A DNA stretch of 64,000 nt from assembly GCA_002189035.1 (NCBI GenBank), contig NEEC01000010.1, positions 2,170,001 through 2,234,000 of the forward strand. The letters are read 5' to 3'. The notes beneath the pieces were generated by a model. It searched no databases. It saw nothing but the letters and a program-made list of their open reading frames with translations, and had not been told where the DNA came from. Positions 50,975 to 64,000 of the stretch are shown here, one piece after another. How positions within the stretch are numbered: position 1 is the first letter of the stretch; the number at the start of each line of letters is the position of its first letter. The stretch comes from Utricularia gibba. Its lineage: Eukaryota; Plantae; Magnoliophyta. The translations under genes were made by a program, and so were the position numbers.

Positions 50975-53900
50975 ATGCCTCAATCCCGCAAAGCTTCAGG
51001 CCGTTTCTCCTTCTTTGGTCTTGCCTCCACATCCTCCGCGTCACGCCGTAGTAATGCAGATGTTGGACTTCCACAACTCAAATTGGAAGCTGATAAGAAA
51101 GTCCACAGACCATCTGAACCGATTACCATCAGCATTGTGATTCAAAACAATGCAAATCAGTACTCACTTTTGATTGAAAAGCTGAGCTTTGAATTTAGGG
51201 GAGTGGAGAAATTGGATAGTCAGTGGTTCAGTAGTTCTATTCCTACCCTCGAATCTAAGCAGGGTCGAGGTATCTCTTTTTTTCTTTGTTTCCTATATTA
51301 TTTTCATTTTTCTTATTTAAAATCTTTATTTATTTTGAGTGTAATGTCAATGAGGCATAACATTCTTTCAGAAAAAGTTAGTATTTTTAAATCTTACTGC
51401 AATAGAATATGTAACATTAGCTTCTTGCTGGAGAAAATAATTGTAAATGGCCCCCGAAGATAATCTCCAACCTTGATGTTATATGTAAGCATTTGGTTAT
51501 CCTTTTCTGGATGAAGATTTTGAGAATCTAACTGGTGACAAATAGGCGAGCTCTTGACTGCGTTAGCTTTCTGGATTCGAAAATGCTCTTTCTTATGGTT
51601 ATCTTGACCACAGTGACACAGCAATGGCTTGAGCTCCTATTAGTTGTTTCTTTCTTTTTTTAATTTTTTTTAGCGATTCCTTTTAATTAATCTTTCACAT
51701 CAGGGGAATATGTGTTCATTGATTGCTCGACTCCTACCATCATATCAAATCAAATTCTACCTAGCAGGGCATCAAGAACATGTAAGTCCAATGAGTGATG
51801 GAGATCTGTTTTAGTTTCACGGATTGCATACCTGTGGCACGTAATTTTTTAGTGGCCCTTTAATTCTTACTCATCATGCTGTTTTGATGGGAATTTCTTA
51901 CTGCGCTTCAACAAGTTGTGTGATTTGTAGTTTGAATGAATTTGCAGCATAAAATATCTTTAACATTGGTTGTTGTAGATGTGATACGAGCTATTCTACC
52001 TGATACAATCCCCCTTCTTACAAGGGCACAACCATTCGATATCTCTACTATAGTAGGTCAATCCTATCTGGTCAATACCTTGTTTTAGAAAATGGAAACC
52101 CCAGTCAAGATTCAATGAGAGAATCATTTGAAGTGGTTAGTTCATGCCTCCTATGTTCCTCTCGCTTCTTGATTTTCCTTATTGATTTTGCCTGTGTTCA
52201 TGCTTACCATCCGTATCCTCATATTATCAACCTCACAACATTTCAGGAAGCACGTTTACCATTGCAAATATGGTCCAATTTTCAGAATGATGAAGGCCAC
52301 ACTGATGGTACTGTTTACTCCCATGTCTCTTGTGTTTGTGCCTAAAATCATTTCCTTGATCAACATTTATTCTTGACCGTGTGAGCGCTTCATACAACGG
52401 ATGGGATTTTCTACCTTCATAGCTAGCTTTTTACAAAATTATATGAATGCAGATTGATCTTAATATTTTTGTTTGGTTACTTTTATTGATGATTCTGTTT
52501 ATGAAATCTTTCATTTGCGATGGTTCCAAAAATTATGGATGATTATGTCCGTTGTCCTCTTTTCAACATTTTTCTCATTTTTTCTTTATTAGGAATTGTC
52601 CCCCTTACCCCTATTGTCTTGGATGCGTACTGGAAAGAAGGTGACGCTGATTCTGAATGGGTAAGGCAATTACAATTACTATTACATTCCATCTTAGATG
52701 GAGCAGTCTATAACCCTGGAGGATGAGAAGGCATGGCAACCAAAACCTTTAAACCCTCTGATGAATCTGATTCTCCTCTCTTTGTAGTTCAAACTGAATG
52801 AGGCTTATGAAGGAGCCGAGGAAGGGTACGAAAGTTCACATGATGAGATCTCATCAGTTTCTTCCTACAACCCTTCAAAGGATGACCTAAATAGGGCATT
52901 TGGAAGTTCCCTGTCGTTACAATCATTTAATGCAAGGTCTTCAACTGGAGGTTTATATGTAGAAGGCCGGGGTAGTGTAGCTCTTCCCCGACTGTCCGTG
53001 ACTGAGATCCTGGATGATTCTGGTGCAGGTGAACTGTAACTTTGGCTTCAATGTCTGATTTACTTGGAGCCATCTGAAGCAATTGCAAATTTCTTCTGAT
53101 TATCTTCTTTTCTTCTTGCTTCTTCCAGATAAGGCTGCCAATATAATTCTCGCAAGTCAACCCTTGAAAGAATATAAGAAAAGCCCATTTGCTGAAGATG
53201 ACTCAAGATATCCCCCGCCTTCAGAATCTGTTTCCTCCGGAACATGTAATTTTGTTCTTACAGTCTCACGTATTTCGTTGCTTCCATTGATTCATATTAA
53301 TTTTCGTTCAGTATTTCTTCAGCAGAAGTCATTGCTCGAGGAAGATCGTACAATATCAGGCTTGATAATCGGGTACTTTTGAGGTTTACCCCTAAAAATC
53401 CAGATTCCACATACTATTTCAGTGATACGGTAAAGCTTCATAATACATTACCATTTGCTGAAGTCATTGCTCTACCTGATTCAGTCTAATTCCACTTTTC
53501 ATAGATAGGTGGAACCTTGACCTTTTTCCATGAAGAAGGGGCTAGGCAGTGTCTTGAGGTACAGTTCATGCAACCTATATTTGAATAATTCTTTTTTGAA
53601 TATCAGGGAGTTGATGAGGTTCTTGGTTCTGTTAGATGTTTATAACATTGGAGTCAAAGGAGATTATAAACAGGCAATTTGTTCATCCATCTCGAAGGCA
53701 TTCTCCAATTATTACAAAGGTTTTTACAATTTGTTCTCTCTATCACTCATTTACGAGTTACATGTTGATGTCGTTGCTTTTCACAACAGATTACCATTTT
53801 TTATTTACGTGATATTCGAGATGTAAAACACAAATATCCTGATTCTCCAATAATTTGAACAAGTAGCTCAGGCTGCTAGCGAGTATTAAAATATTTTTCT

Positions 53901-54515
53901 TTTAGTAGCTTTTTTCTTGGGGTTTGCCTAAAAATTCCTGTTAAAATGAACTAATATCCAACTTCAAGATTCCTTTTTTAAGCCGTGTACAGGATGGAGC
54001 ATTGAAAATTTGGATTCCTCAAAAGCAATAGTACTTCGCTAACTTGCACCTTTCTGATCGTAGGTTTATAGTGATCACCACGAGATTGTGGCGGATTTAC
54101 TGCAAACTAGCTTCATATTTTCCATTCCAATGGATGGGCCTACGACATTTTCAACCCGCTATGTTGCTGTGGAGTGGTCTCTTAGGTTTGAGTTCGTGAC
54201 AACCCCAAAGAATGTAAAGAGTTCAAGGTAAGTTGTGATGCTTTTCCATGGGTCCTGTTGGAACTATTTTCATTGCAACTCCTCGAAACTTTTGTCTTTG
54301 GCATGTATCCCTTCTTCAAAGTTGCTTGGGTCTCCTCCATTGTTTGAACCTTCTTCTGATTCGTGTGTGATGCCGTGATGACCACTTGCAGGATGGAGCA
54401 CCCTCTGCTAACAGAAGGGAGGGACAGGAGCGAGTGGGTTCTCCCGATCACCGTCCACGCACCCTCTACAGTGAAAGGAGCGGCGCAAGCCCGGAACAGA
54501 CGGTTGTTTTTGTAG
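50975..54515 (+). CDS. RGP1: RGP1 / RAB6A-GEF complex partner protein 2-like; multi-exon; one apparent missing C at 52010-52014
   Basis: Motifs IEKLSFEFRGVEKLDSQWF, IP(P)SYKGTTIRYLYY, GRSYNIRLDNRVLLRFTPKNPDSTYYFSD, SDHHEIVADLLQTSFIFSIPMDGP and EWVLPITVHAP. Confidence 0.93.
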
Positions 54516-56447
54516 TGGCAACAGCAGAGCTTCCTTCTCCCCGGACCATCCAATCCCCTGCTAGTGAATGCCTTGTCTCTCATTGAAGTCTGTTTGCATG
54601 CTTTCTTCTCACCTTCCACTGTCGAGTCACACGTTTTCATAGTATCTGTTTCAACCTAAAATCGCATATTCCTTTTTCAGTGATGCCCATTACAAGATGC
54701 GCTGGTTCCCTCTTTTTCTTTCTTTTTTTTTTTTTTTTTGTTGGTAGAACATATCCTGGAACCGACTTCCCAAAATGCCCCTCTCTAAGATAAGGATTAG
54801 TGTTGGGTGACAACACTAATCAAGATATCCTCTGGAATATTATAATTTTGAATAAAAATTGAGTATAAGTTCCATAATAAAGATTTTCCAATACAATATG
54901 CTTCTCTCTGTTAAGATATGTAATTATTTGGACTATATTTTAATCATTCATTTTTTAAAAAAAATATGTTTTGAGGTATTTTTATAAAAAAAAAAAACAA
55001 AAAATAGTTAACTCAAATAACGAATTTATATTTTAAAAGAATTTAAACTTAATGCAATCTCAAATTTTTATATATAATATTTGATGGCCTTATGTTTATA
55101 AAAATATTTTGTTAAAAATGGAAATAATATTAAGAGTGGGTGTGCTGGCTGTACCATGTTTTTGGTTTTCTTAATCATCGTTCAAGTGGCAGGAAGGAGA
55201 ATGGTGGAGAGGAGGTGATAAGATCAGAGACAATGGCCCCATCAATCAAAATCTTTCCTTTTCCTCTGCGTAGGCGCAACAGCGGCAACTCTTCTCGGTT
55301 GGTCTCGATCTTCAGGCACGTTTTGATCCTATAACCGCACAAGGATTGCCTGTCATCCCGGTATTGAGTTGGCTTGCTTTCGTTTTCTTGAACCTATAGA
55401 GACGGAACCCAAATCAAAAACCAAAACCACAGCCACCCATTACAGCCTTTGAGTTAATTTTCAATTTCTTTTCACTCTCATCTGAGCCCTCATGCGAGTT
55501 ACTGAAACTTTCAAGCCTGTGAGCCCAAGCGGAAACTAACCAATGGATCGAGTGATTGAGGCGACCGTTTCCGGTCGGTTACGTCGTATTTTTGTGAGAA
55601 GCAACGCCTTATCGGGAAGATCTGAAATGGGCTATGTCTTGTAGGCTGGAAAGTGTTTTTGTTGTCTTCGACCCCTCGTTTTGGTTTGGATATTAAGTTG
55701 AGCGAAGGTAATTTTCTTGAGCATCTCAAAATGATGTTTTTCTGCTTTATAGTTTGACTGGCCGGCCTGTGTGGGATTTTTTTGGAGGTTTCAGAGATGG
55801 GGAAATGACGTTGGATTTTTTTTATTTTAACGTTTTTACTTGGCCAAGATTCACTTCTTGCTGGTTCCGTATACAAGTAAAGGGGCTCCATTTACTTTGT
55901 AGATGAGGATATCTCGATTGTTGCAGTTCTTTTAAGTAGATACTAGATAGATTTTGCTTATTTGGTTCTTCCACATCATGTTCTTGCTAATTTGAGCCCT
56001 CGAGTAAAATTTTCATAAAATGTTGACGCCTGCTTCTTCCCAGAATTGATTTTTAATCGATTCTTGAGTTCTTATGAACTGAAAGGCAAGAATGCTGGCA
56101 CATGCATGTAATTATGTAATTTACTGGAGCTCCTTTTAGAGATGAATTATTTCTTTAGTTAGGAGCACATTATCTTACTATTTGATTCATCCATGAATTT
56201 GGTTATTTCTTTTCTTTTTCCGTTCCCCTTTTTTTGTTTTCTGGATACGCGGAGAATGGTTTGTCTTTTCTGAGAGAATTCCATGTCTTTATTTCTCTTT
56301 CTTTTGACATGGAATTTTTGGTTCAGAAAATCCTAAATCAAAAGGAAACTGAATTGTACATTGGGATGTTTTCAGTTGCACTGTAGATTCACCCAAGATC
56401 GTTTCCAGGAAAAAAGGGGCTGCTATTGGAAAGTTGAACTCTTCACC

Positions 56448-58493
56448 ATGTTCAGTCTGTGGCTATTTTATGTATCCCTTTTCACATTAGCAACTTCATT
56501 CAAGGCCTCTGCTAATGTGGTCCTCGTTGGAAAAAACATTAATTTATCTTTCAGTGATATAGAAGCCAATTTTGGTTAGTGTTCTCGTTATTATTTTGTT
56601 CATTTTTCTCCCTGATGTAGTAATTTTGAAATATTTTCTGATTCATGTCTAGATTGTTGAAAGTACTTCATTACATCGCCAAACATGTCCTCTCTACATG
56701 CATTACTTCAAATTTCCCATTATATAGGAAGGCTTTTTGCATATGCAGTGATGAAAGATGCGGATTAAAATGGTCTTGTAATGCTTATAATCGCCAAAAA
56801 AAAACTGATGAAAGCTCCTCTCTTCGCAGCTCCAGTGACGAAAGGTTCTGGAATATGTGGAACAGTGCATTTGGCAGAACCTTTAGATGCATGCTCACCA
56901 CTTTCTAATAAAAATATTTTGAATACGAACATCTCAATATCCCCTTTCGTGTTGATTGTTAGAGGAGGATGCAGCTTTGAGGATAAAGTTCGAAATGCTC
57001 AAGTTGCAGGATTCAAAGCTGCTATTATCTACAACAACGAAAATGATGACCTGGTTGCAAGTAATATTCTTGTACTGTGAACTCTTTCAGATTTAGTTTT
57101 CTGTTGATTTTTATATGTAGAAACTTAAGAAACGTTTATCTTTATTTGTCCATGATTATTCTTGTCATAGCCTACGATCCTGATGTCTAGAAGCTTTGTT
57201 GTTGACTCTATAGATTTACATGGATTTGCATGATCTTAAAATAAGAGTGCTGCTATTTGAAATTAGGGAATGGAAGAAATTTAAAACCTATATTTTGGCT
57301 TCTATTCTACGTTAAATGTTTCAAGAAACCATGGTTTCAAGAGAATGCTGATTGCTTTAATTCTTTGTATGTCTATCTACTTAAAGGGTGCAATTGAAGT
57401 TCACATTTAAATGCAGTGGCTGGAAGTTCTGCTGGTGTTAGGATAAATGCTGTATTTGTTTCAAGAACTTGTGGCGAAACACTTGCAAAATATGCCCTCT
57501 CAGCAGATGCAGTGCTATGGATAGTCCCAACATTTGATAATTCTGCATGGTCTATTATGGCTATATCCTTCATTTCTTTACTGGCCATGTCTGCTGTTTT
57601 AGCCACGTGTTTCTTCGTGCGAAGACATAGAATAAGAAGAGAACAACCTCGAGCCTCGCATGTGCGAGAATTCCATGGGATGAGCCATCGCTTAGTGAAG
57701 GCCATGCCAAGTCTCAGATTTACAGCTGTTGTGGAGGATAAAAGCACCTCAAGAACGTGTGCTATATGCCTTGAGGATTATACAGTCGGGGAGAAGCTGA
57801 GAATTCTGCCATGCCTTCACAGTGAGCCTTCTTCACCTTTCCCAGTGCTCTTACATTTCCTAGTCTAACAAAGTTTCCTGTGTACCAGAATTCCACGCTG
57901 TATGTGTTGATGATTGGCTCACCTCATGGAGAACATTTTGTCCGGTTTGCAAGCACGATGCAAGAAGTAGAGATGGTGAACCAGCAGCATCAGAATCCAC
58001 CCCTTTGCTATGCTCCAGTGCAGCTTCTCTGTCTTCACTTCCATCTTCTGTTGCATCTTCAGCAACCCTCCGTATCAACCAGCCATCGCATCATTCCCGC
58101 TCTGTTTCGATCACCGGAGCATCTTACAGCCGCCACTCTGGTCACTCCCTTCATCCCTCTGCCTCTGCATCCAGCTTCAGGAACATGTCTTCTCAGAGAC
58201 TGAACAGTGCTTATCTAGCTTCACCTCAGTCCTTCGGCTATCCTTCCTCATCGCCACTGAACTCCAGCTCAAGATTCCTATCCCCGTATGCTCCGGGCGT
58301 CGGCAACGCATCATCCAGCTATGTAGCGTCCTCAAGCTACGTCCCAAATCCTCTGCATTACAGCGAGTCGGTCAGGACGAATCTTCTGCAGTACAGCGAG
58401 TCGGCCCGAACGAATCCTCTGCATTACAGCGAGTCCGCCCGGACGTTCTCGCCCTACACCTCGGCGCACTCGCTGCCGGGCTGCGAGGGCTGA
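56448..58493 (+). CDS. RMR receptor homology region-transmembrane-RING-H2 protein (PA domain vacuolar sorting receptor)
   Basis: Signal peptide, PA domain ([38 protein letters not shown]), [46 protein letters not shown]|[22 protein letters not shown], and a Ser-rich tail. Confidence 0.95.
58347..58445 (+). repeat. Three in-frame 33-bp (11-aa) tandem repeats in the RMR C-terminal tail
   Basis: [11 protein letters not shown] (58347-58379), [11 protein letters not shown] (58380-58412) and [11 protein letters not shown] (58413-58445). Confidence 0.95.
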
Positions 58494-59054
58494 AGGGATG
58501 ATGATGCTTGTGAATACAACAGAGCTTCCTTCCACTTCCAGTGTGCCGGAATGGGTTGTACTGGTGATGTGTTGCTGATGCTTCGTTCGTTTCCGTACGA
58601 GTTGGACTTGGTAGTTTGGAAGTGAGATTAGATTGTACTGTACTAGTTAATGACCTTTAATTTTTATAATTAAATCCTAATCTTTGTTTGATATAATTTT
58701 AAATTAATCATTAACTCGTGAGAGTGATGGAGCATCACTTTTTCGAAATCATTTTTTGAAAAATATTTAAAAATATTATTTAATCATTCATGGCTCAATG
58801 AGAATGATCATTGGAAACTAATTTCGAAATGATGTATTATGAACAGTAAAAATCATCACGATTTATAATATATCGTGTCATCGCAATTCTAACCTATACA
58901 GAAAGGTAAGACATCAGTAGCAAGAGTTTAAATTTAGACTAATTTTTGCTCAATTTATTTTTGTCTGTGTTCATGGGACATTCAAAAGTCCTACTAATTT
59001 TACTGTGTACAAGGTTATGTAGGTAGGTGGTTTTGGTCGTAAAGTAACAAGTGC

Positions 59055-59599
59055 TTAGAAGCTCATGTCATGGATTTCTCTAACGAATGCTCTCTCCTCC
59101 ATCTTCAGCTGCTTGTAGAAATTCCCAATGAACATCTCAGCTCTCTGAAACAGTTCTTGGTCGCCGGCGCTGTCAAGCTTGTTATCATCACCATCATCCT
59201 CTTCATCTTCTTGCCTGCTCTCACAGTCTTCTACCATGACGATTCCCGGTGCTGGAGCAGATTTTCCCCCTCCAGTTGCATGAAAATGTCATCCCTTGAA
59301 CACTTACCCGTTCCCAACCCCATTTTGGTTTTGGGTCCTTGGGTCCCTTCTATTGGAGCATCGCTCTTGATATCACCATCACCAGCGCCAACATATGGTG
59401 CATCTTGATGATCTGCAGCATGTCCGCCATTGTCGTCTCCGAACCAAATGAAGGGTATGAGGCACGAGTCTACCCCGAGAGCCATGATGAGGAGGAAGTG
59501 GGAATTCTTGAATCTTGATGTTGGCACTACGTGTGTGAGGATGAGAAGCAGTGGCATCAGGAGACGCCTCAAAAGCTGGGTGAACTTCACCTTCTCCAT
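59055..59599 (-). CDS. DUF761 (cotton fibre expressed-like) small membrane protein, single exon; one apparent missing base at 59262-59270
   Basis: Hydrophobic N-terminus ..FLLIMALGVDSCLI and C-terminal ELFQRAEMFIGNFYKQLKME. The two ORF-track pieces join with +1 nt (546 nt, 182 codons). An alternative in-frame ATG lies at 59614. Confidence 0.8.
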
Positions 59600-60085
59600 G
59601 AGAACCGAATGCAATGAGAGCTGCTTTATATACTACAGATTCGCCAAGTAGTTTGTTTGTTTCTCTTTTCTCTTGATTTGGCCGAATTAGGCCATCCAGC
59701 AAATGGCAAAATCCATGGCCTTCAAACTCGTTTATTTCCCATCTCATTCAAGGCTTTCACGGCATCATAACCAGCCTCAGTTTCTTCTTTAAGCAAGTAG
59801 TTCAAACCAGTGTTTTGAAAAAGGCGTTCAGGTAACTGAGCGAACAAACTCACGAATCAGTCAGTTCATGGTTTCAGATTAGTGGAAGAGGAAACCCAAT
59901 ATATTATGTTACATAAGAAAATCTTGTTTTGGCATGTAAAAAAGCCCACAATATCAGGTTGGTTTTTAATACACTGACTTCCAAAATACTTGGTGCTTCA
60001 AAATACTTATCCTTAATGACGATGATGATCAACAAAAATAGAAGATCAAGATGGCAAAGACCTATAGGTTGACATATCCTTCATG

Positions 60086-61677
60086 CTATGCTGTGCTTCT
60101 TAAGAGAAGTGCAACTACAAACCCAAGCACCCCGCCCATTGCCACCTGTGGAAACAAAACAAAGGTTCGGTGTTTTACTAACTAGGCTTTCGTATGAACT
60201 CTACCATTTAGCAGAGGAAAGCATGGGTATAGGAGAAACCCGAAGATCAAAATATGTCTTTATATGCTGAGCAGCTATTCATTTTAACAGATATTCAGGT
60301 TTGGCTGACAAAGAGGTGTGTATTAACAATAATTGAAATACTAGGTGCTTGGGGAGATAGCATAATACACATCATTCTGACACCAGGCCTGAGAACATTT
60401 CCTTGGGAAAACACCAGTTCATATCAAATAACCAAAAGGGGTTATACTAGCATGCTTTTTTAACAATGAAAAAGGATTGAAGATGAAATATTTGACAAGC
60501 GTACCTGAAGTGGGGTGTGGCCAAGAGAATCACGAAGAGGCCTTACATGAGCAACGGGGTGCTCCGGTGGTAGTTCACAAACAATTTGGTTCAGCAACTG
60601 TATTAACAACCAATCCAAAAATAACGCTGGCTACAGAAAAAAAAAACATGGGGTACATGAAGGATCCTGTTTACATGAGACCTCACCTCAGCTTGACGAC
60701 CAGCATGGAGTCTGATGCCGGTAGCATCATACATTACCTGCGGTTCTCACAGTCAGTTTTGTCAAATATAGTATGGAAGCATATGAAAAGACTATTGCCA
60801 TGTAACATGTTTTTCTATGAGAAAATTACCACGAACCCTCTACTCTTGTACAAATTGATTAAGTATTAAAAAACCCAAACATCAATGAAATCCTAATGGA
60901 GAAACAAAATAACACACGACACAAGAAGCACATGTGTTGTGACTAGAACTTAAGGAAACATCCTTGGTAGAAGCAAACTCGAAATGCTAAAGAATGGAGA
61001 GAACCTGGTTTAGAAAGTACGTACAATACATGCCAAGACAACAGAAATGGCAAATGGTGCTCCTCCAATTCCGTCGTCCAAGGCAATTGCCGTTGCAAGA
61101 GCTATAACAGTCGCAGAGTGTGAAGAAGGCATACCTCCTGAGCTGACCATCTTTCTAGAGTCCCATTTTTTATCCTTCACCCTGCAAGTCTAAGAGGGAT
61201 ACATCATACGATAAAGAGAAATGAACTCCCAACTGCAAAGACGAATATCGAAAGAAAACCATTTTCCGGTTAACAATCCACCATAGGTGTTGAAAAAATA
61301 AATAATAAAAAACAATCAAGTATCAACCTTCCCCTAGTGTCCACAAATCCATTCAATGCGAGGATATTCAACACATTAACTATTAACTTACTTCCAATTC
61401 ACCCACAATAATAAAAAACCAATCTTTATCGTAAATCACGCGAATGCAACGACATTAAACTACCGCTAAGCGCGCCCAGATACTCCACGAAACACATCAA
61501 TCAACATCAGACATTCCACTGGAACAAAAAAAATTCAAAATTGTACATAATAAATTACCAAGTCGTGAAAGGCTTCAGAAACTGCGCAATAGCACAGGCA
61601 AGCAAGGCGGAGACGAGAGGCAGATTCGCCGGGGCAACAGAAGCGCTGAGAGCCGCAGCCGCATCACCGCCGGCCAT
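60086..61677 (-). CDS. DUF212 acid phosphatase/vanadium haloperoxidase-related (PAP2-like) protein; 5 exons; absent from the ORF track
   Basis: Exons NLPLVSALLACAIAQFLKPFTTW | ..SSGGMPSSHSATV.. | VMYDATGIRLHAGRQAE | LLNQIVCELPPEHP..LGHTPLQ | VAMGGVLG..*. Confidence 0.95.
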
Positions 61678-63185
61678 CACCTCAAACCCAGATCCAATTC
61701 TCAAAAACCACAATCCCAAGAGGCCAAAAGAAGAGTCAAACTGGATCTCCGAATCAAATCTGCTGAAAGAAGAAAATCAAGAATTGAATAAACAATCGAA
61801 ACACAGAGCGGAGCCCTCGACGCCAAAATGATTAGTGTCAATTTCCCTGTCTGTATAAATAATGCCCTCCTGACCTGCCACAACATCTTCACGTGTTAGG
61901 GTAATATCGTCTTTTCTCATCACATTCCTCCGTCCCAACTTCACCCACCCCTTTGTCCGTGCAACAAAATATTATCACTTTAAAAACTTAGGATATTTCG
62001 AGGCGTATTTGGGAATATTTATAATCTTATATAATTAAATTCTATATTTTAAATATATTTTTTTATTTCAAGTGCATGCAATGTTTTGCCCATGTTGTTC
62101 ATGCCTACATAACTGCAACCTTTTTCCAGCGCTTTTCTTGAGTACCACTAGAAACTCCGATGAGACCACCGGCGGCACCGGAGACTGGAGGTGACGGTTT
62201 TTGCTTATTAAAGTTGAGAGCCGCTGCCTCTGCAATGAACAGATTTGTGTTCCACTGAGCCGGTGCTAACCAACCCTGTTGCAAAGAAGCGTCCGCCACC
62301 GGGTTTGCTGCCAAATGCCATGACGCGGTTCCTCCAACGAGCTACTCGAGGAATCACGGGGACTACACATCAGATCGAAGAAGACGAAGGGATGTTTCAG
62401 TCCTTCAATTCAGAATCATACCAAAGAAGGCGAGCATTGGGTGTGTTGAGCTTATTATGCGTTCTTTCATTGCACGCAGAAAACAAATCGGGGTGTTTTC
62501 ATTTCATGGAATTTTAGAATGTGATCTTTAGAAAAAATGATCCTACTTTTCAACAAACAATCAAGTTGTAGTCATATTTTGAGTGTTGCATATCAATTGA
62601 CGATTCAATCAACGTTGCATCAGGAAAACCCAACTCAACCATTGTAAGGTTGGAAATCCTATATGGCATCCTCGGCAGAAGTTCGTTGTGTGCTTCGAGC
62701 CTTCCCATGTCTCGTCGGAAGAGCAACAGAATTTCTTGAGTGCTGTGCTGTTGTTGTACAAGAACCCAGAAGCTATGCCGTTAACCTCTATTCACTTCCA
62801 AGTTCAAACAAGCATCTTTTTCATACAAATGGGAAGGTGAACTTTGAGACTAAGAAATAAGATGGAACAAGGAAACTAGCACTAGGCTTCGCATTGATGA
62901 GCCGTGCAACAGATTCAGCTATGCCCTGGGGATACTTTGTTCGAGAACGCACGCTCTATCAAGTATAGATAAGCTCGTACTTGAAATTTTCAATGGGATT
63001 GTCTGGAAAACTTGAAATGACTGACTGTTCATTAAGCAACTGAAACAGAAAGTTTTAGTAGCATTCCCTTGCCTGGCCCTGCAAGCATTCTCGACGGTGG
63101 CTTGATTGATCGATCGATCTCACGAATTGAATGGTTTCTGCAACTTCGCAAGCCTAAGCAGAATTACAAATAAGCTGGGCCATGT

Positions 63186-63958
63186 TCAGATGTTGTCGAA
63201 GAAGAATGGATCGCCGTCGTCCCAAATGCTATTTGATGGATACCCATCGTCGGGTTCATTGCCGAACGGCGGCCAACTGGTATATCCTCCGTTCAACAAC
63301 GCGGCGGGATCCGACTGCGGTGGCGCCTGTGTGGGATCGGGGGGAGCGAGTGGGCTCATTTCATCATAACCATGATAGTTGCTGAATTGCTGAGGATTCT
63401 CTTCTTGCCAACCGGAGCTGGAATTAGGGTTTTGGAACGGAACAGCAGTTTCTGACCATTCCCTCATCGCCGCTGCTTCCCCTTGTGTCATTTCATACGG
63501 CCGCGAAGCTGGCGCAGCAGGATACGAAGACGGCGGAGTCGGCATCGGAAACGTAAGCCCGTACCCCGAGGGCCGAGGGAGCAAGGGCCGCAGTAGTCTC
63601 TGCGTGGACGAGGAACTTGACGCGCGTTCCCGGGCATCACCGCCTCCGCTCCTGCCAGTACCAGCAACAGATGTCTGAAGATTCAATTGAGCCTTGGACC
63701 CATACAGCACAACCGCGGCACGGTCGTAGGCTCGAGCCGCTTCCTCAGCCGTCGCGAAGGTTCCGAGCCATCGGCGCGTGCGCTTTCTGGGCTCGCGGAT
63801 CTCCGCCACCCATTTTCCCCAGCTCCTCTGGCGCACCCCTCTGTACCTGAATTTCCCGTTGTCGGGACCTCCCTTTCCCTTGCTTGGCCTCTTGTTGAGC
63901 GGAGGGGAAGTCTCTGGGGAGGAGAGTTATTAGGGTTTGCTGCATCAGCACCGCTCAT
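63186..63958 (-). CDS. ABI4: AP2/ERF (DREB-A3) transcription factor ABI4, intronless; one apparent missing C at 63916-63919
   Basis: ABI4-type motifs [58 protein letters not shown] and C-terminal [12 protein letters not shown]. Adding one base links ATG 63958 to the AP2 frame (258 codons). Confidence 0.92.
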
Positions 63959-64000
63959 GGTGAGTGGCTGCTCCCGGACGCGGTGTCCGAAATAAGACAA

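Noticed and set aside
56361-56447. N-terminal extension of RMR from the ORF-track start at 56361
   Set aside because: That start is a TTG. The ATG at 56448 places the signal peptide at the N-terminus, as expected for this family.
31795-58175. Partial matches to conserved miRNAs (miR159-like at about 31797, miR397-like at about 36577, miR162-like at about 58160)
   Set aside because: They are only 10-13-nt matches with no visible star arm. The last lies within RMR coding sequence.

Overview
Plant (eudicot) nuclear DNA from a very compact, gene-dense genome. I find 19 protein-coding loci in 64 kb, mostly with short GT-AG introns and AT-rich spacers. In order: ARIADNE RBR E3 ligase (runs off the left edge), a pseudogenised CMP-sialic-acid-transporter-like gene, IQD13/14-like, FAM136A/DUF842, a small COA3-like gene missed by the ORF track, the nuclear C-terminal half of mitochondrial RPL2, 2-alkenal reductase, UTP20, alkaline ceramidase, DUF688, an APF2-type aspartic protease, Rab3GAP catalytic subunit, lipid A 4'-kinase LPXK, a GH17+X8 beta-1,3-glucanase, RGP1, an RMR vacuolar sorting receptor, a DUF761 protein, a DUF212 protein and ABI4. 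No rRNA, tRNA or CRISPR features were recognisable. The main non-routine observations are four. (1) A 690-bp Mutator-like element with 87-bp TIRs, a perfect 10-bp TSD and GC-rich, coding-like cargo sits just 3' of LPXK. (2) The transporter gene carries an in-frame loss of about 105 aa plus a nonsense codon. (3) The IQD gene has three ~50-aa repeats I do not recognise and a 3-aa deletion in the IQ67 domain. (4) At least eight genes are broken by 1-2-bp losses in mononucleotide runs, most likely consensus errors rather than biology. I did not find convincing evidence of a wholly new multi-gene system. All family assignments come from manual translation and remembered homologue sequences, not from database searches.
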